NCBI GenBank assembly: GCA_963719225.1
Contig: CAVRAY010000001.1
Location: 896,001-960,000, forward strand
From: Thermoanaerobaculia bacterium
GTDB lineage: Bacteria > Acidobacteriota > Thermoanaerobaculia > UBA5066
Direction: 5' to 3'
DNA length: 64,000 nucleotides
Of this stretch, positions 44,636-54,821 are shown piece by piece. Made by a program: the position numbers and the translations under genes. The notes beneath the pieces were generated by a model. The model was not told where the DNA came from. It worked only from the letters and a program-made list of their open reading frames with translations, and ran no database searches. Position 1 is the stretch's first letter. Each line of letters begins with the position of its first letter.

Positions 44636-46276
44636 TCACTCCACGCGGACGCTCGTCGAGCCGACGCCGATGCGGTTCGTGGCGACGTCGCGGACGGTGG
44701 CCACGAAGCGCATGTTGCCCGTGCGCGACTTGACCTCGCCCGTGTACTCGAACGGCTCGGTCCTGGCCTTCTCGAGGGCGGCGGCGTCCAGGACGATCGT
44801 CTTGCGATCCGGGACCGAGTTCGAGCGCGCACCGCTGTCATCGACGGCCGCGAGGCTGACGTCCACGACCGCCTTCTTCTTTCCGCCTTCGTCGAGGAAC
44901 GTGATCGCGGAGAGCGGGACGGACACCTTGAACGGCGCGATGCGGCGGCCGAGGCCGCCCGACTTCTTCGGAGGTCCGATCGCGAGCGCGACGGGGAACT
45001 CGCCCCTGGCCTCCGGCGTGACGAGCGCGAGCTCCATGCGATCCCGGGCGCTCGCATCCGCGGTTTTCGCGCCGTAGGCGCGGCGCGCCCGCAGCGTCAC
45101 GCCCGGCCGCGAAGACGTGACCTTCACGCTGTGGTCGGTCTTCTTCGGATCGAGGGCCGAGAGCGTAACCCCGATCGAGTAGTAGCTCGCCGACTCCTGA
45201 TAGATGCGCTCCAGGGCGCGGCCGAACGTGTTGCGGTTCTGGACGAGGATTCCTCCCGTCGCGTCGGCGAGGCCCGCGAGCGGCTCGCGGCGGTTCGCGT
45301 CGGCCTGGAACGAGGAGACGACGGGCGCGTCCGCTTCGGAGGCGTCCGAATCGGTCGCGAGGCCGCGCGCGTCGAGGGCGTGCACGGTGATGCCGGAGCG
45401 GTTCGCCTCCGCGACGACGGCCTGGTAGTCGGCGACGACGGTGTTGTCGAACTGGCTCAACGCGTTCGTCGCGAGCGCCTGCGCGAGGGTCTGGCCCGGC
45501 CGGAGCTCGAGTCCGCTCGAGACCCAGAGCGCCACGCGCTTTCCGGAGCGTGCGGCGAGGGCCGCGAAGGCCCGCCGGAGCTCGTCGAGGGTTCCCTTCT
45601 CGCGGCTCCTGATCTGGTCGCCCCAGTTCCGGATGGAAGCGTCCCGCGACGCGGGACGCATCCGCCGAACGCTCGCGATCTCCTGCCGGTACTGGGCCTC
45701 CCAGTAGAGCCCCCGGGCGCCCGTCTTCTCGAGGCGCGAGAGCCCGTCGAGGAGGGACTCCTTCGAGTTCGTGAACGGCGTGATGACGTGCGACGAGATG
45801 CTGTACGACAGGATCGCCATGCTGTCCGACGGCGAAAGCCGCGTGACGAAATCGCGCAGGCCTTCGAGAACGCGCTTGCGGTCGGACGGCAGGAGGTGCT
45901 CGTCGTCGAAGAACACGAGGAACTGGCGCGGCACGTAGCGGTCGGGTCCCGCCGCGGTCGTCTCGAGGATGAAGTCCGGAGACGCGGTCGCGAGATCCGG
46001 ACCGTGGAGCTGGCCCGCTTCCACCCGGGCGAAGTAGTCGAGGGGCAGGGCCTTGCCGTCCACGGTCACGGAGATCTCGCCGCGCGTGAGGTCCGGCACG
46101 CTCTTGCCGTCCTTTCCCGTCGCGATGACGTCGAGGTCCATCACGGTGACGTCGACGGCCGCGCGCACGCCCGGCACCGCGGCCGGGGCGTCGGCCGCTC
46201 GCGCCGGAGCGGCGAGCGCGAGCGCGGGGAGGAGGAGCATGGCGAGAAACTCTCGCGGAGGAAGGGCGACGTGCAT
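44636..46276 (-). CDS. VWA-related Acidobacterial domain protein, secreted
   Basis: VDVTVMDLDVIATGKDGKSVPDLTR.EI.V.VDG, FLVFFDDEHL, GKRVALWVSSG, LADATGG, YYSIG, RPGVTLRARRAY. Confidence 0.82.
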   Translation of the reverse strand: MHVALPPREFLAMLLLPALALAAPARAADAPAAVPGVRAAVDVTVMDLDVIATGKDGKSVPDLTRGEISVTVDGKALPLDYFARVEAGQLHGPDLATASPDFILETTAAGPDRYVPRQFLVFFDDEHLLPSDRKRVLEGLRDFVTRLSPSDSMAILSYSISSHVITPFTNSKESLLDGLSRLEKTGARGLYWEAQYRQEIASVRRMRPASRDASIRNWGDQIRSREKGTLDELRRAFAALAARSGKRVALWVSSGLELRPGQTLAQALATNALSQFDNTVVADYQAVVAEANRSGITVHALDARGLATDSDASEADAPVVSSFQADANRREPLAGLADATGGILVQNRNTFGRALERIYQESASYYSIGVTLSALDPKKTDHSVKVTSSRPGVTLRARRAYGAKTADASARDRMELALVTPEARGEFPVALAIGPPKKSGGLGRRIAPFKVSVPLSAITFLDEGGKKKAVVDVSLAAVDDSGARSNSVPDRKTIVLDAAALEKARTEPFEYTGEVKSRTGNMRFVATVRDVATNRIGVGSTSVRVE

Positions 46277-46302
46277 GAGGTACCTCGGTTGGAGCTCGTC
46301 GG

Positions 46303-47739
46303 TCAGAGCTGGAGGATTTCGCGAAGCATGGCCGCGTCCCGCGTGATGACGTCGTTCTGCCCGGGGCGCGCGGTCAGCGCGACGACCTGCTCGGTGAGCC
46401 GCGGGTCGTCGCTCATCCACTCCTGCCCGATCTGCTCGGAGGGAGCCGCCTGCTTTGCTAGAAAGATCAATCGTTCGGCGGGCGGGCTCTTCGTGGTCAC
46501 CCGCCCGCTCGAGCCGAGGACATCCTCGACCGTCTGGGGGAGATTCAACTTCCGGGCCAGCACGCGTCCCGCGGCCGCCCGGAAGCGCGAAAGGGCCCCC
46601 GCGCGGATCGGACCGGGAGGGAAAGCCACGGAGATCAACAGCTTGAGAAGCTCGTAGCTCCCCAGGGGCTCCAGGAGCCCGAGGGTGTAGGCGTCCTCCC
46701 GTTCGAAGCCCTGGTCCTCGGCGAGGTGCGAGCCGGCCACGGCGGTGGACAGCGCCGAGCGCCTCACGACCCGCTCCATCTTCTCGTCGGACGGGACCTT
46801 GGGGGACCCCGCGTCCGCGAGAAGGCCCGCGAACCGCTTGATCGCCGTCGGGCCCACGATCCGGACCGCTTCCCGGGCCGTGCCGATCAGCTCGTTCGGT
46901 TCCGTGCGAAGGGAGTTCGCGAGGTAGAGGAGGTCGATCGTGAGGAATGGATCGAGGGCCGCGATCTGGACGATGCGCTCACTCTCGCCGTTCTCGTCGA
47001 GGGCCGTCTTCAGCATCGTCGCGGTGTCGTCGTAGATCGGGAACAGGCGCGCGGGCTCGCGCAGCCTCTTGTGGACGCGGTTCGCGAAGGACGTGAAGCC
47101 CTGGAACGCCTCGCGCAGGGCCGAGGGCGCGGGGACTTCACCGGGCAGGCTCTCGAGAATCGTCCAGAAGAGGGCCGCGAGCGCGTCGGGCTTGAACTCC
47201 TTCTCCCAGCGGGCGCCCGTCTCGTCCGCTCCCGAGCCCGCACCGAGATTCACACGCGAGTCGTCCACCGACTTGGCGCCGTGGAAGGCGAGGACCTGCC
47301 CGCGCAGGGACAGGTGGATCCGGATGAGGTCTTCGATCTTGAAGAGCGGGTCGAATTCGAACGAAGCGCCGGCCCAGTGGAAGAGATCGAGGAGGATCTT
47401 CATCGCGAGGCCCTCGACGGCCTCCGCGAGCTTCTCGCGGCCGAGGAGGTTGCGCTCGAGGATGAGACGCGTCAGGTTCTTGCCCGTCGCGAAGCTCTCG
47501 GCGAGGAGCTCGTAGACGGATTCCTCGGAGAGGACCTTGCGGCGCGTCAGGTAGACGCCGAGGCGCTCGTTCGGCAGGGAGGAGGACACGAAGACGATCG
47601 CGCCGCCCTTGAGGTCGATCGTGCGCAGGACCTCTCCGCGCCAGACCGTCACGCGTCCGGAGAGCGCGTTGATCTCCAGCCACTGCAGAAGATCAGCGAG
47701 CGAAAAGGTGTCGAGGTTCCCGCTGAGCGTGCGTGCCAC
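46303..47739 (-). CDS. DUF4388 (PatA-N-like) plus degenerate HDOD domain protein
   Basis: LSGNLDTFSLADLLQWL...SGRV...GGAIVFVSS...RLGVYL...W..ASFEF; DPFLTIDLLYLANS; AYTLGLLEPLG. Confidence 0.75.
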   Translation of the reverse strand: MARTLSGNLDTFSLADLLQWLEINALSGRVTVWRGEVLRTIDLKGGAIVFVSSSLPNERLGVYLTRRKVLSEESVYELLAESFATGKNLTRLILERNLLGREKLAEAVEGLAMKILLDLFHWAGASFEFDPLFKIEDLIRIHLSLRGQVLAFHGAKSVDDSRVNLGAGSGADETGARWEKEFKPDALAALFWTILESLPGEVPAPSALREAFQGFTSFANRVHKRLREPARLFPIYDDTATMLKTALDENGESERIVQIAALDPFLTIDLLYLANSLRTEPNELIGTAREAVRIVGPTAIKRFAGLLADAGSPKVPSDEKMERVVRRSALSTAVAGSHLAEDQGFEREDAYTLGLLEPLGSYELLKLLISVAFPPGPIRAGALSRFRAAAGRVLARKLNLPQTVEDVLGSSGRVTTKSPPAERLIFLAKQAAPSEQIGQEWMSDDPRLTEQVVALTARPGQNDVITRDAAMLREILQL

Positions 47740-47794
47740 TGTCTGGCGTCAGTTTGACACGAAGCCGCCCCGCTGGGGGCGCGCCGGGCGGATC

Positions 47795-48865
47795 TCAGCT
47801 TCCCGCGCGCAGGAGGCGCGTGGCCTTCTGGAGCGCGAGGAGCTCACGGGCGTCCTTCTGAAAAACCCCGACGCCGTAGCCTTCCTTCGTGAAGAAGGTG
47901 AACCGCAGCTCCTGGAACGGGATTCCCTTCGGGACGCGGTCCCTCCGGTAGTACCAGGTCTCGACGTCGCCCTCGATGTCGCCCGGGGTGATCTGTCCGC
48001 GGTTCTCCGTCGGCACCCGGATCAAGGCCGTGCGTCCGCGCGAATCGCGCACGATCGTGGTCTCGGTCGTCTTGAGGCTCGTCATCACGTCGTTGGACCT
48101 CAGGAGCGCCGAGCGGCCGATGTAGGTGGGAGGTCCCATCACGACGAGGACCCGGCCCCGGTCCGAGAGAGAGCCGCGGACCGACTCCGTGGAGAAGGCG
48201 GCGTCGGCGTACTGCACACGTCGGTGGAACTCGAGCTCGTACTCGTTGTCCGGGGTCGCCGGATCGGGATCGAACTTCTTCCAGAATCGGAACACCCATT
48301 CGCGACGCGAGGCGTCGTCCGTGAGGGTCGCGAACTCCTTTTTTTCCGCGTCGGTCAGGAGATGCCGGACGGCCGTCGCCGGCCAGGCCTCGTCGCCGCG
48401 GTAGACCGGCAGGGTCGTCGCGTCGACGGCCATCGTCGAGAAATTCGGCAGCCCCGCCGTGGTGGGCGGACCCCGAGGCGCATCGCGGGCAGCCGCGGTG
48501 CGCTGGGCGTCGAAGAAGATGCAGTAGCTCTTCGGGTAGAGACCGGGGTCGATGGTGGCCTCGGGCTGGAACTCGAAGTAGCGCGCGAGCTCCTTGCGCG
48601 CCCGCTCCTCGTCCTTGAGCTCCCAGGCGACGGCCGCGCTGTAAAAGTGGTAGACGGGCAGGATCCTCGGAAGGGCCGGCTCGCGTTCGGGAGCGGCGGC
48701 GAGCTCGAGGAGGCGGCGCAGCGCGAGGTCCGCGTCCGCCCAACGCTTCGTGCGGTAGGCGCTTTTCACCTGGACGAGGGTCTGCAGGACGGGATCTTCG
48801 GATGCCGGGAGGGGCGCCGCGAGAAGGGCCGGAAGGAGAAACCAGGGTGCGAGGCGAAGCCGCAC
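47795..48865 (-). CDS. Secreted GWxTD-domain protein with N-terminal TPR-like helices (copy 3)
   Basis: Signal peptide; [39 protein letters not shown]...[21 protein letters not shown]. Confidence 0.85.
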   Translation of the reverse strand: MRLRLAPWFLLPALLAAPLPASEDPVLQTLVQVKSAYRTKRWADADLALRRLLELAAAPEREPALPRILPVYHFYSAAVAWELKDEERARKELARYFEFQPEATIDPGLYPKSYCIFFDAQRTAAARDAPRGPPTTAGLPNFSTMAVDATTLPVYRGDEAWPATAVRHLLTDAEKKEFATLTDDASRREWVFRFWKKFDPDPATPDNEYELEFHRRVQYADAAFSTESVRGSLSDRGRVLVVMGPPTYIGRSALLRSNDVMTSLKTTETTIVRDSRGRTALIRVPTENRGQITPGDIEGDVETWYYRRDRVPKGIPFQELRFTFFTKEGYGVGVFQKDARELLALQKATRLLRAGS

Positions 48866-48902
48866 TTTCAAACCTCGTGGCGCCGAGCTTAGCATCGAGG
48901 CC

Positions 48903-50483
48903 ATGAGCGATTCCACCGTCACGACCTCCTCCGGCATTCCTCTCCGGACCGTGTACGGCCCGGCCGACGTCCCGCCCGGCTGGGAGCCCTCCGCGCCGGG
49001 GGTCTCGCCCTTCACGCGGGGCTCCCTTCCGGGCGGGTATCGCGCGAAGCTCTGGACGATGCGGCAATATGCCGGGTTTTCGAGCGCGAAAGAGTCGAAC
49101 CTGAGGTACCGGTTCCTCCTCGATCAGGGGCAGACGGGCCTTTCCGTGGCGTTCGATCTCCCGACGCAGATCGGGTACGACTCCGACCACGTGCTCGCGC
49201 GCGGCGAAGTCGGAAAGGTGGGCGTCCCGGTGGCGTCTCTCGACGACATGGAGACGTTGCTCGACCGGATCCCGCTCGACAGGGTTTCGATCTCCATGAC
49301 GATCAACGCGACCGCGTCGATTCTCCTCGCGTTTCTCCTGGCCGTCGCCAAGGGACGCGGCACCTCGTGGAAGGCGCTCTCGGGAACGATCCAGAACGAC
49401 ATCCTGAAGGAATACGCGGCGCGCGGGACTTACATGTTTCCGCCGAAGCCTTCGATGCGGCTCGTCACCGACGTCTTCGCGTTCTGCCAGGAGAACGTTC
49501 CGCGCTGGAACACGATCTCGATCTCGGGCTACCACATCCGCGAAGCGGGGGCGACGGCCGTGCAGGAGATCGCCTTCACGATCGCCGACGGCCTCGAATA
49601 CCTCGCGGCCGCGAAGGCGGCGGGCCTCGACCCTTCGGCGATCGCGCCGCGGCTCTCCTTCTTCTTCAACGTCCACAACGATTTTCTCGAGGAGATCGCG
49701 AAATTCCGGGCCGCGCGCACGCTGTGGGCGCAGCTCGTGGCCGAGCGCTTCTCGATCACGGACCCGCGCGCCTCCGCGATGCGCTTTCACACCCAGACGG
49801 CGGGATCGACGCTCACGGCGCAGCAGCCGGAAGTGAACGTCGTGCGGGTCGCGATCCAGGCGCTCGCCGCGGTGCTCGGCGGCACGCAATCTCTCCACAC
49901 GAACGGCAAGGACGAGGCGCTGTCGCTCCCCACCGAGGCTTCCGCCCTTCTCGCGCTCAGGACCCAGCAGGTGATCGCCCACGAGACCGGCGTGACGCGC
50001 GTGGTCGACCCGCTCGGCGGCTCGTGGGCCATCGAGGCGCTGACGGCCTCTCTCGTCGAGAGCGCGGGCGCCCTCGTCCGGAAGGTCGACGGCATGGGCG
50101 GCGCCCTCAAGGCGATCGAGGCGGGCTTCTTCCAGCGCGAGATCCAGGAGAGCGCCTGGCGGGCGCAGCGCGCGATCGAGCAGAAGGAGCAGATCGTCGT
50201 GGGCGTCAACGAGTTCGTCGGGGGCGAGGAGCGTGCGATCCCCATGCTCGTCGTCGACCCCGCGGTGGAGACGGAGCAGGTGAAACGCCTTCAGGCGCTG
50301 CGCGCGCGTCGCGATCCGGCGGCGGCCGAGCGGCGCCGGACCGCGCTCGTCGAGGCGGCGCGCGAGGGGCGAAACCTCCTCCCTCCGCTCGTGGACGCCG
50401 TCACCGATCTCGTGTCTCTCGGCGAGATCGTCGAATCGCTGCGAACCGTCTTCGGCGATCACCGGGAGAACGCGGCCTGGTGA
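48903..50483 (+). CDS. Methylmalonyl-CoA mutase, substrate-binding (large) subunit, split type without B12-binding domain
   Basis: WTMRQYAGF (Tyr), [27 protein letters not shown] (Arg), [21 protein letters not shown]. Confidence 0.92.
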   Translation: MSDSTVTTSSGIPLRTVYGPADVPPGWEPSAPGVSPFTRGSLPGGYRAKLWTMRQYAGFSSAKESNLRYRFLLDQGQTGLSVAFDLPTQIGYDSDHVLARGEVGKVGVPVASLDDMETLLDRIPLDRVSISMTINATASILLAFLLAVAKGRGTSWKALSGTIQNDILKEYAARGTYMFPPKPSMRLVTDVFAFCQENVPRWNTISISGYHIREAGATAVQEIAFTIADGLEYLAAAKAAGLDPSAIAPRLSFFFNVHNDFLEEIAKFRAARTLWAQLVAERFSITDPRASAMRFHTQTAGSTLTAQQPEVNVVRVAIQALAAVLGGTQSLHTNGKDEALSLPTEASALLALRTQQVIAHETGVTRVVDPLGGSWAIEALTASLVESAGALVRKVDGMGGALKAIEAGFFQREIQESAWRAQRAIEQKEQIVVGVNEFVGGEERAIPMLVVDPAVETEQVKRLQALRARRDPAAAERRRTALVEAAREGRNLLPPLVDAVTDLVSLGEIVESLRTVFGDHRENAAW

Positions 50484-50578
50484 GGTCCGGGCCGGTCGCG
50501 GGCGCGTCAAACCGGCATTCGAGGCGGGTTTGAAAGGATGCGAAGCGACGTGACCCGCCCGGAATGCCGACTCCCGCC

Positions 50579-50806
50579 TGTGTAATTCGTCGGAAGGCGC
50601 CTCGAATGCGGGTTTGCGCGGTTCTTACACGGCGTTCAAACCGCAAGTGCCTGTCCGTGAGTGATTTGTCGCCTGCACCCGAAGTTGTGCAGACTTTTCG
50701 AGGAGGCCGTCTGTCGCGCTCTCTCGGTTTTTTGCACACGCGAATGCACAGGCCAATTCACAGAACCTCTGGGTTTCTTCCGAAACCCATGACCTTCAAG
50801 GGTTTG
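50579..50806. promoter_or_regulatory. Cluster of DnaA-box-like nonamers and IHF-like sites between convergent genes
   Basis: TTTTGCACA 50730, GAATGCACA 50742, CAATTCACA 50754, reverse TGTGCAGAC 50686 and TGTGTAATT 50579. Confidence 0.45.
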
Positions 50807-51410
50807 GAGTCGACACCTCCGCGCTCTCCGGGAACGCGAGCGACCCTTCGACGGCCGCGACGCCCGGCTCGAAGCAGCGGCGGCAGCGGGCTTCGTAGAG
50901 CCCGGCGGCCCCGACGACGACGCGCTCGCGCGACGCCACGAGGCGCTGGGTGCGGCTCGCGGGCGCGCCGCAGCGCACGCAGATCGCACGCGTCTTCGTG
51001 ATCTCCTCGGCGGCCGCCATGAGGGCCGGCATCGGCTCGAACGGGCGGCCCAGATAGTCCTGGTCGAGGCCCGCGGCGATCACGCGCTTGCCGAGGTCCG
51101 CGAGGCGGTTCGCGACGTCGACGATCCCGGCGTCGAAGAACTGCACCTCGTCGAGGCCCACGACTTCGGTGCGCGCGTCGGTGCGGTCCAGCACCTCGGC
51201 CGAGGACGCGACGGCGAGAGCAGTGAGCCGCAGGCCGCCGTGGGACACCACCTCGACTTCCGAGAAGCGGTCGTCGATCTTCGGCTTGAACACCTGCACG
51301 CGCCGCCGCGCGATCTGCGCGCGCGTGAGACGGCGGATGAGCTCTTCGGACTTCCCGGAGAACATCGAGCCGCAGATGACTTCGAGGGAACCGGTGCCGG
51401 GAGGAGTCAT
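50796..51410 (-). CDS. tdk: Thymidine kinase
   Basis: [28 protein letters not shown]...PF, C..CG...YEARCRRC zinc lasso. Confidence 0.96.
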   Translation of the reverse strand: MTPPGTGSLEVICGSMFSGKSEELIRRLTRAQIARRRVQVFKPKIDDRFSEVEVVSHGGLRLTALAVASSAEVLDRTDARTEVVGLDEVQFFDAGIVDVANRLADLGKRVIAAGLDQDYLGRPFEPMPALMAAAEEITKTRAICVRCGAPASRTQRLVASRERVVVGAAGLYEARCRRCFEPGVAAVEGSLAFPESAEVSTPNP

Positions 51411-52264
51411 TTTCTGGTCCTGTTTCGAGAGGAAGACAAAGACGAAGACGAGGAAGACGAAGAAAAAGACGAGGGTTTCTTAGAAGGCGCGTGACGGGCC
51501 TTCGCATGCCGGCCTCGGCGCGCCGCGCCTGTGGCGGTTGCCCTCTTTACCTTCAAAGAAATTTCTCTTCTTTTCTTTCTCCTTCTCTCTTTCTCATTTT
51601 CCCTTTCTTTCTGCGCGGCAGCGACACCGACCTTCGGACACAAGTCCGCGAGCGTGCAGCGCTCGCACTGCGGGCGGCGCGCCGTGCAGATGCGCCGGCC
51701 GTGCTGGATGAGCGCGTGGCTGATCCAGGTCCAGCGGCCTTTCGGGATGATCCGGTTGAGGTCGCGCTCGGCCTTCACGGCGTCCGTCTCCCGCGTCCAG
51801 CCGAGGCGACGTGCGACGCGTCCGACGTGCGTGTCCACGACGACGCCGTCCGGCGTGCCCCAGACGTTCCCGAGGACGACGTTCGCCGTCTTGCGCCCGA
51901 CGCCCGGCAACGCGTGCAGGGACTTCATCGTGTTCGGGACCTCGCCGCCGTGCTCGGAGAGGAGGGCCCTCGCGATGCCACGCAGGGATTTCGCCTTCGC
52001 GTTGAAAAAACCGGTCGAGCGGATGATCTCCTCGAGCGCTCCCGGAGGAGAACCGGCCAGAGCGGCGACGTCCGGGTAGCGCCGGAAGAGCTCGGGCGTG
52101 ACCATGTTCACGCGCACGTCGGTGCACTGGGCCGAGAGGACGGTCGCGACGAGGAGCTCGAGCGGGCTCCGGAAATCGAGCGAGCACGCGGCGTCGCCGT
52201 ACAGGTGCTCGAGGCGGACGAGCGTCGCGCGGACGGGCGCAGCCGGAGATTTCCCAGAAGGCAT
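51407..52264 (-). CDS. nth: Endonuclease III with low-complexity C-terminal tail
   Basis: [26 protein letters not shown] (HhH), VDTHV, C-x6-C-x2-C-x5-C. Confidence 0.94.
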   Translation of the reverse strand: MPSGKSPAAPVRATLVRLEHLYGDAACSLDFRSPLELLVATVLSAQCTDVRVNMVTPELFRRYPDVAALAGSPPGALEEIIRSTGFFNAKAKSLRGIARALLSEHGGEVPNTMKSLHALPGVGRKTANVVLGNVWGTPDGVVVDTHVGRVARRLGWTRETDAVKAERDLNRIIPKGRWTWISHALIQHGRRICTARRPQCERCTLADLCPKVGVAAAQKERENEKERRRKKRREISLKVKRATATGAARRGRHAKARHAPSKKPSSFSSSSSSSSLSSSRNRTRK

Positions 52265-52296
52265 GAGGGCGGAGAATATGCTAAGAATCGCGGGTC

Positions 52297-53979
52297 TTGA
52301 GGACTCGCGCCCGCCTTCTTCGATTCCTCCCGAGCGCAATTCTCGGAGTCCTCCTTTCGTCTGCTGTTCCCGCGGCGCGCGCGGAAAACCTGGTGGTGAC
52401 GATCCTCGAAACGACGGATCTCCACGGGCGCCTGCTGCCCTGGGATTACCAGCGCGCCCAGGCCGCGGACGAAGGACTCGCCCGCGTCGCCTCGCGCATC
52501 GCCGCGATCCGCAGGGAGACGCCGAACGTGCTCCTCCTCGACGCGGGCGACACGATCCAGGGAACGCCGATCGAGTTCCTGCACGCGAAGGATCCCTCGA
52601 AAGGCCCCGACCCGATGGCCGAGGCGATGAGCGTCCTCGAGTACGACGCGATGGCCGTCGGGAACCACGAGTTCAACTTCGGGCTCGCCGTCCTGCGCAA
52701 GGCGCAGAAGGAGTCCTCGTTCCCGTGGCTCTCCGCGAACACGCGCAACGTCTCGGACGGCTCGGCCGCGTTTCCGGAATACCTCGTGAAGACGGTTGCG
52801 GGGATCCGGATCGGTGTCCTGGGCCTGACGACGCCGAACATTCCGAACTGGGAGCCCGTGCGCAACCGCCCCGGCCTGCGCTGGGAGGACCCGGTCGACA
52901 CGGCGAAACGCCTCGTGCCGGTTCTTCGCGGGAAGGAGCGTTGCGACTTCGTCGTCGCGCTGATTCACAGCGGCCCCGAGGTCGACCTGAAGACCGGCGT
53001 TCCCGACGGCACGGACGACGAGAACCGCGTCGTGGCGCTCTCGAAGGTGCCGGGGATCGATCTCCTTCTCACGGGACACACGCACCGCCGCATCCCGCTC
53101 ACGAGGCTCAACGGCGTCCCGATGATCCAGCCGGGGCGCTGGGGCGACGTCCTCGCGCGCGTGGACGTCACGTTCGAGACGTCCGGCGGGAAGGTGACCG
53201 TGGCGGACGTCTCGGGCGCGCTCCTTCCCTCGGACGCCTCCGTCGCGACGGACCCTGGCGTCGCCGCGATCGCGGCTCCCCACGACGCCGCGGCGCGCGC
53301 CTACATGGACGAGCAGATCGCGGTCGCCGACGAGGACTTCCCGGGTGCGCGCGCCCGGCTCGAGGACACGGCCCTCCTCGACTTCGTGAACGACACGATG
53401 CGGGAGGCCACCGGGGCGGACCTCTCGATGACGTCGCTCCTGCCGGGCCGGTTCGAGGGCTTCAAGAAGGGTCCGATCAAGGTCCGCAACGTCTACACGC
53501 TCTATCCGTACGAGAACGCCCTCGTCGCGATCGAGATCGACGGGGCGACGCTGAAGGCCTGCCTCGAGCACGCCGCCGAGTTCTACGGCAGCGCGGAGTG
53601 GGAGGATGGCCGGCTCGTGCTGAAGCCGAAGGAGAGGATGATCCCGTACAACTTCGACGTCGTTCAGGGCGCGACGTATCGCATCGACCCGACGGCTCCC
53701 GTGGGCTCGCGCGTGAAGGACCTCGCGTACCGCGGGCGCCCCGTGCTGCCCGCGGACCGTTTCACGCTCGCCGTGAACGCCTACCGCGCCCAGGGTTCCG
53801 GCGGCTACAAGGCGCTCAAGGGTGCGAAGGTCGTCAAGGAAATCAAGGACGAGATCCGCGAGCTCCTCATCGAGCGGCTCCGCAAGCTCGGCCACGTGAG
53901 GCCGCAGGCGGATCACAACTGGATCGTCGCGCCCGACGCCGTCTGGGCGCCGGAAGCGCCCCGACCTCGCACGAATTGA
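52297..53979 (+). CDS. Periplasmic 5'-nucleotidase / 2',3'-cyclic phosphodiesterase family metallophosphatase (CpdB/UshA-like)
   Basis: Signal peptide; TTDLHG, DAGDTIQG, GNHEFNFG, GHTH, LYPYEN, YRAQGSGGY. Confidence 0.9.
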   Translation: MRTRARLLRFLPSAILGVLLSSAVPAARAENLVVTILETTDLHGRLLPWDYQRAQAADEGLARVASRIAAIRRETPNVLLLDAGDTIQGTPIEFLHAKDPSKGPDPMAEAMSVLEYDAMAVGNHEFNFGLAVLRKAQKESSFPWLSANTRNVSDGSAAFPEYLVKTVAGIRIGVLGLTTPNIPNWEPVRNRPGLRWEDPVDTAKRLVPVLRGKERCDFVVALIHSGPEVDLKTGVPDGTDDENRVVALSKVPGIDLLLTGHTHRRIPLTRLNGVPMIQPGRWGDVLARVDVTFETSGGKVTVADVSGALLPSDASVATDPGVAAIAAPHDAAARAYMDEQIAVADEDFPGARARLEDTALLDFVNDTMREATGADLSMTSLLPGRFEGFKKGPIKVRNVYTLYPYENALVAIEIDGATLKACLEHAAEFYGSAEWEDGRLVLKPKERMIPYNFDVVQGATYRIDPTAPVGSRVKDLAYRGRPVLPADRFTLAVNAYRAQGSGGYKALKGAKVVKEIKDEIRELLIERLRKLGHVRPQADHNWIVAPDAVWAPEAPRPRTN

Positions 53980-53992
53980 GCCCGGCTCTTCG

Positions 53993-54805
53993 TCAATTCG
54001 ACGGGGAGAGGTCCCAGGCGCGGATCAGGTTGAATCCGATTTTCACGTTCCGGTCCGTGACGCCGCCGCTGTAGTCGCCGCCGACGTACTGGTCCACGGT
54101 CGAGGCCTGCGAGTTTCCCATCCACAGGGCGAACCTGTGGTTGAAGACCTGCTTCTCGATCGCGACGGACCACTGCCCGACCGAGTCGGGCACGACGTTC
54201 TTCGTCGGGACGTACTCTCCGATGAGCGCGATCGACTTCGTGATCTTGAGCTGCAGGATGAGCGGCACGTTGAAGACGTCCTTCTGGAACTGCGTGTTCT
54301 GCGCGTAGCTCGGCGCCGCCGCGAGCGTGACGCGGTTGGCGATCGTGTAGGAGACGAGGACCTGCCCGAAAAAGCTCGTCTCCTTCGGAGCGTAAGCGGC
54401 GGTCCGCCAGTCGAGACCCGCGCGCGCGCCGACGGCCAGGGGAAGAGAGGCGTTGGGCCTGAGGAGCGTTCCCTTCAGGGCGAATTCGTAATCCGCGTAG
54501 TTGTTCACGCGATAGACCTGCACCGCGAGGTTCGGAATGAAGACGTAGTCCACGCCGATGCCGATCGCAGCCCCGCTGTCGAGACCCCAGAGGCTGCTCC
54601 CGCCGGCATCCTTCACGGCCTGGTTGAAGCGGTGCGTGAAGACGGCCTCGAACTTCCCCCGTTCGTTCGTGAGCGGAGTGGACGTCTGCGAGAACCGGTT
54701 GCCCAGGGTGGTCGTCACGCCTTCGTCGCCGCGGCCCTCCCCGGCGCCGAGCACGAAGGCGGAGACGACGGCAACGAGGGCGACCGTCCGGATCGCCTTG
54801 CGCAT
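53993..54805 (-). CDS. DUF5777-like outer-membrane beta-barrel protein
   Basis: Signal peptide; FTHRF, LWGLDSGA, LIGEY, HRFAL..GNS, IGFNLIRAW. Confidence 0.65.
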   Translation of the reverse strand: MRKAIRTVALVAVVSAFVLGAGEGRGDEGVTTTLGNRFSQTSTPLTNERGKFEAVFTHRFNQAVKDAGGSSLWGLDSGAAIGIGVDYVFIPNLAVQVYRVNNYADYEFALKGTLLRPNASLPLAVGARAGLDWRTAAYAPKETSFFGQVLVSYTIANRVTLAAAPSYAQNTQFQKDVFNVPLILQLKITKSIALIGEYVPTKNVVPDSVGQWSVAIEKQVFNHRFALWMGNSQASTVDQYVGGDYSGGVTDRNVKIGFNLIRAWDLSPSN

Positions 54806-54821
54806 GAAACCCTCCTCGCGC

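Noticed and set aside
50484-50560. Cobalamin riboswitch next to the B12-dependent mutase
   Set aside because: The region is downstream of the gene and lacks recognisable B12-box and core motifs.
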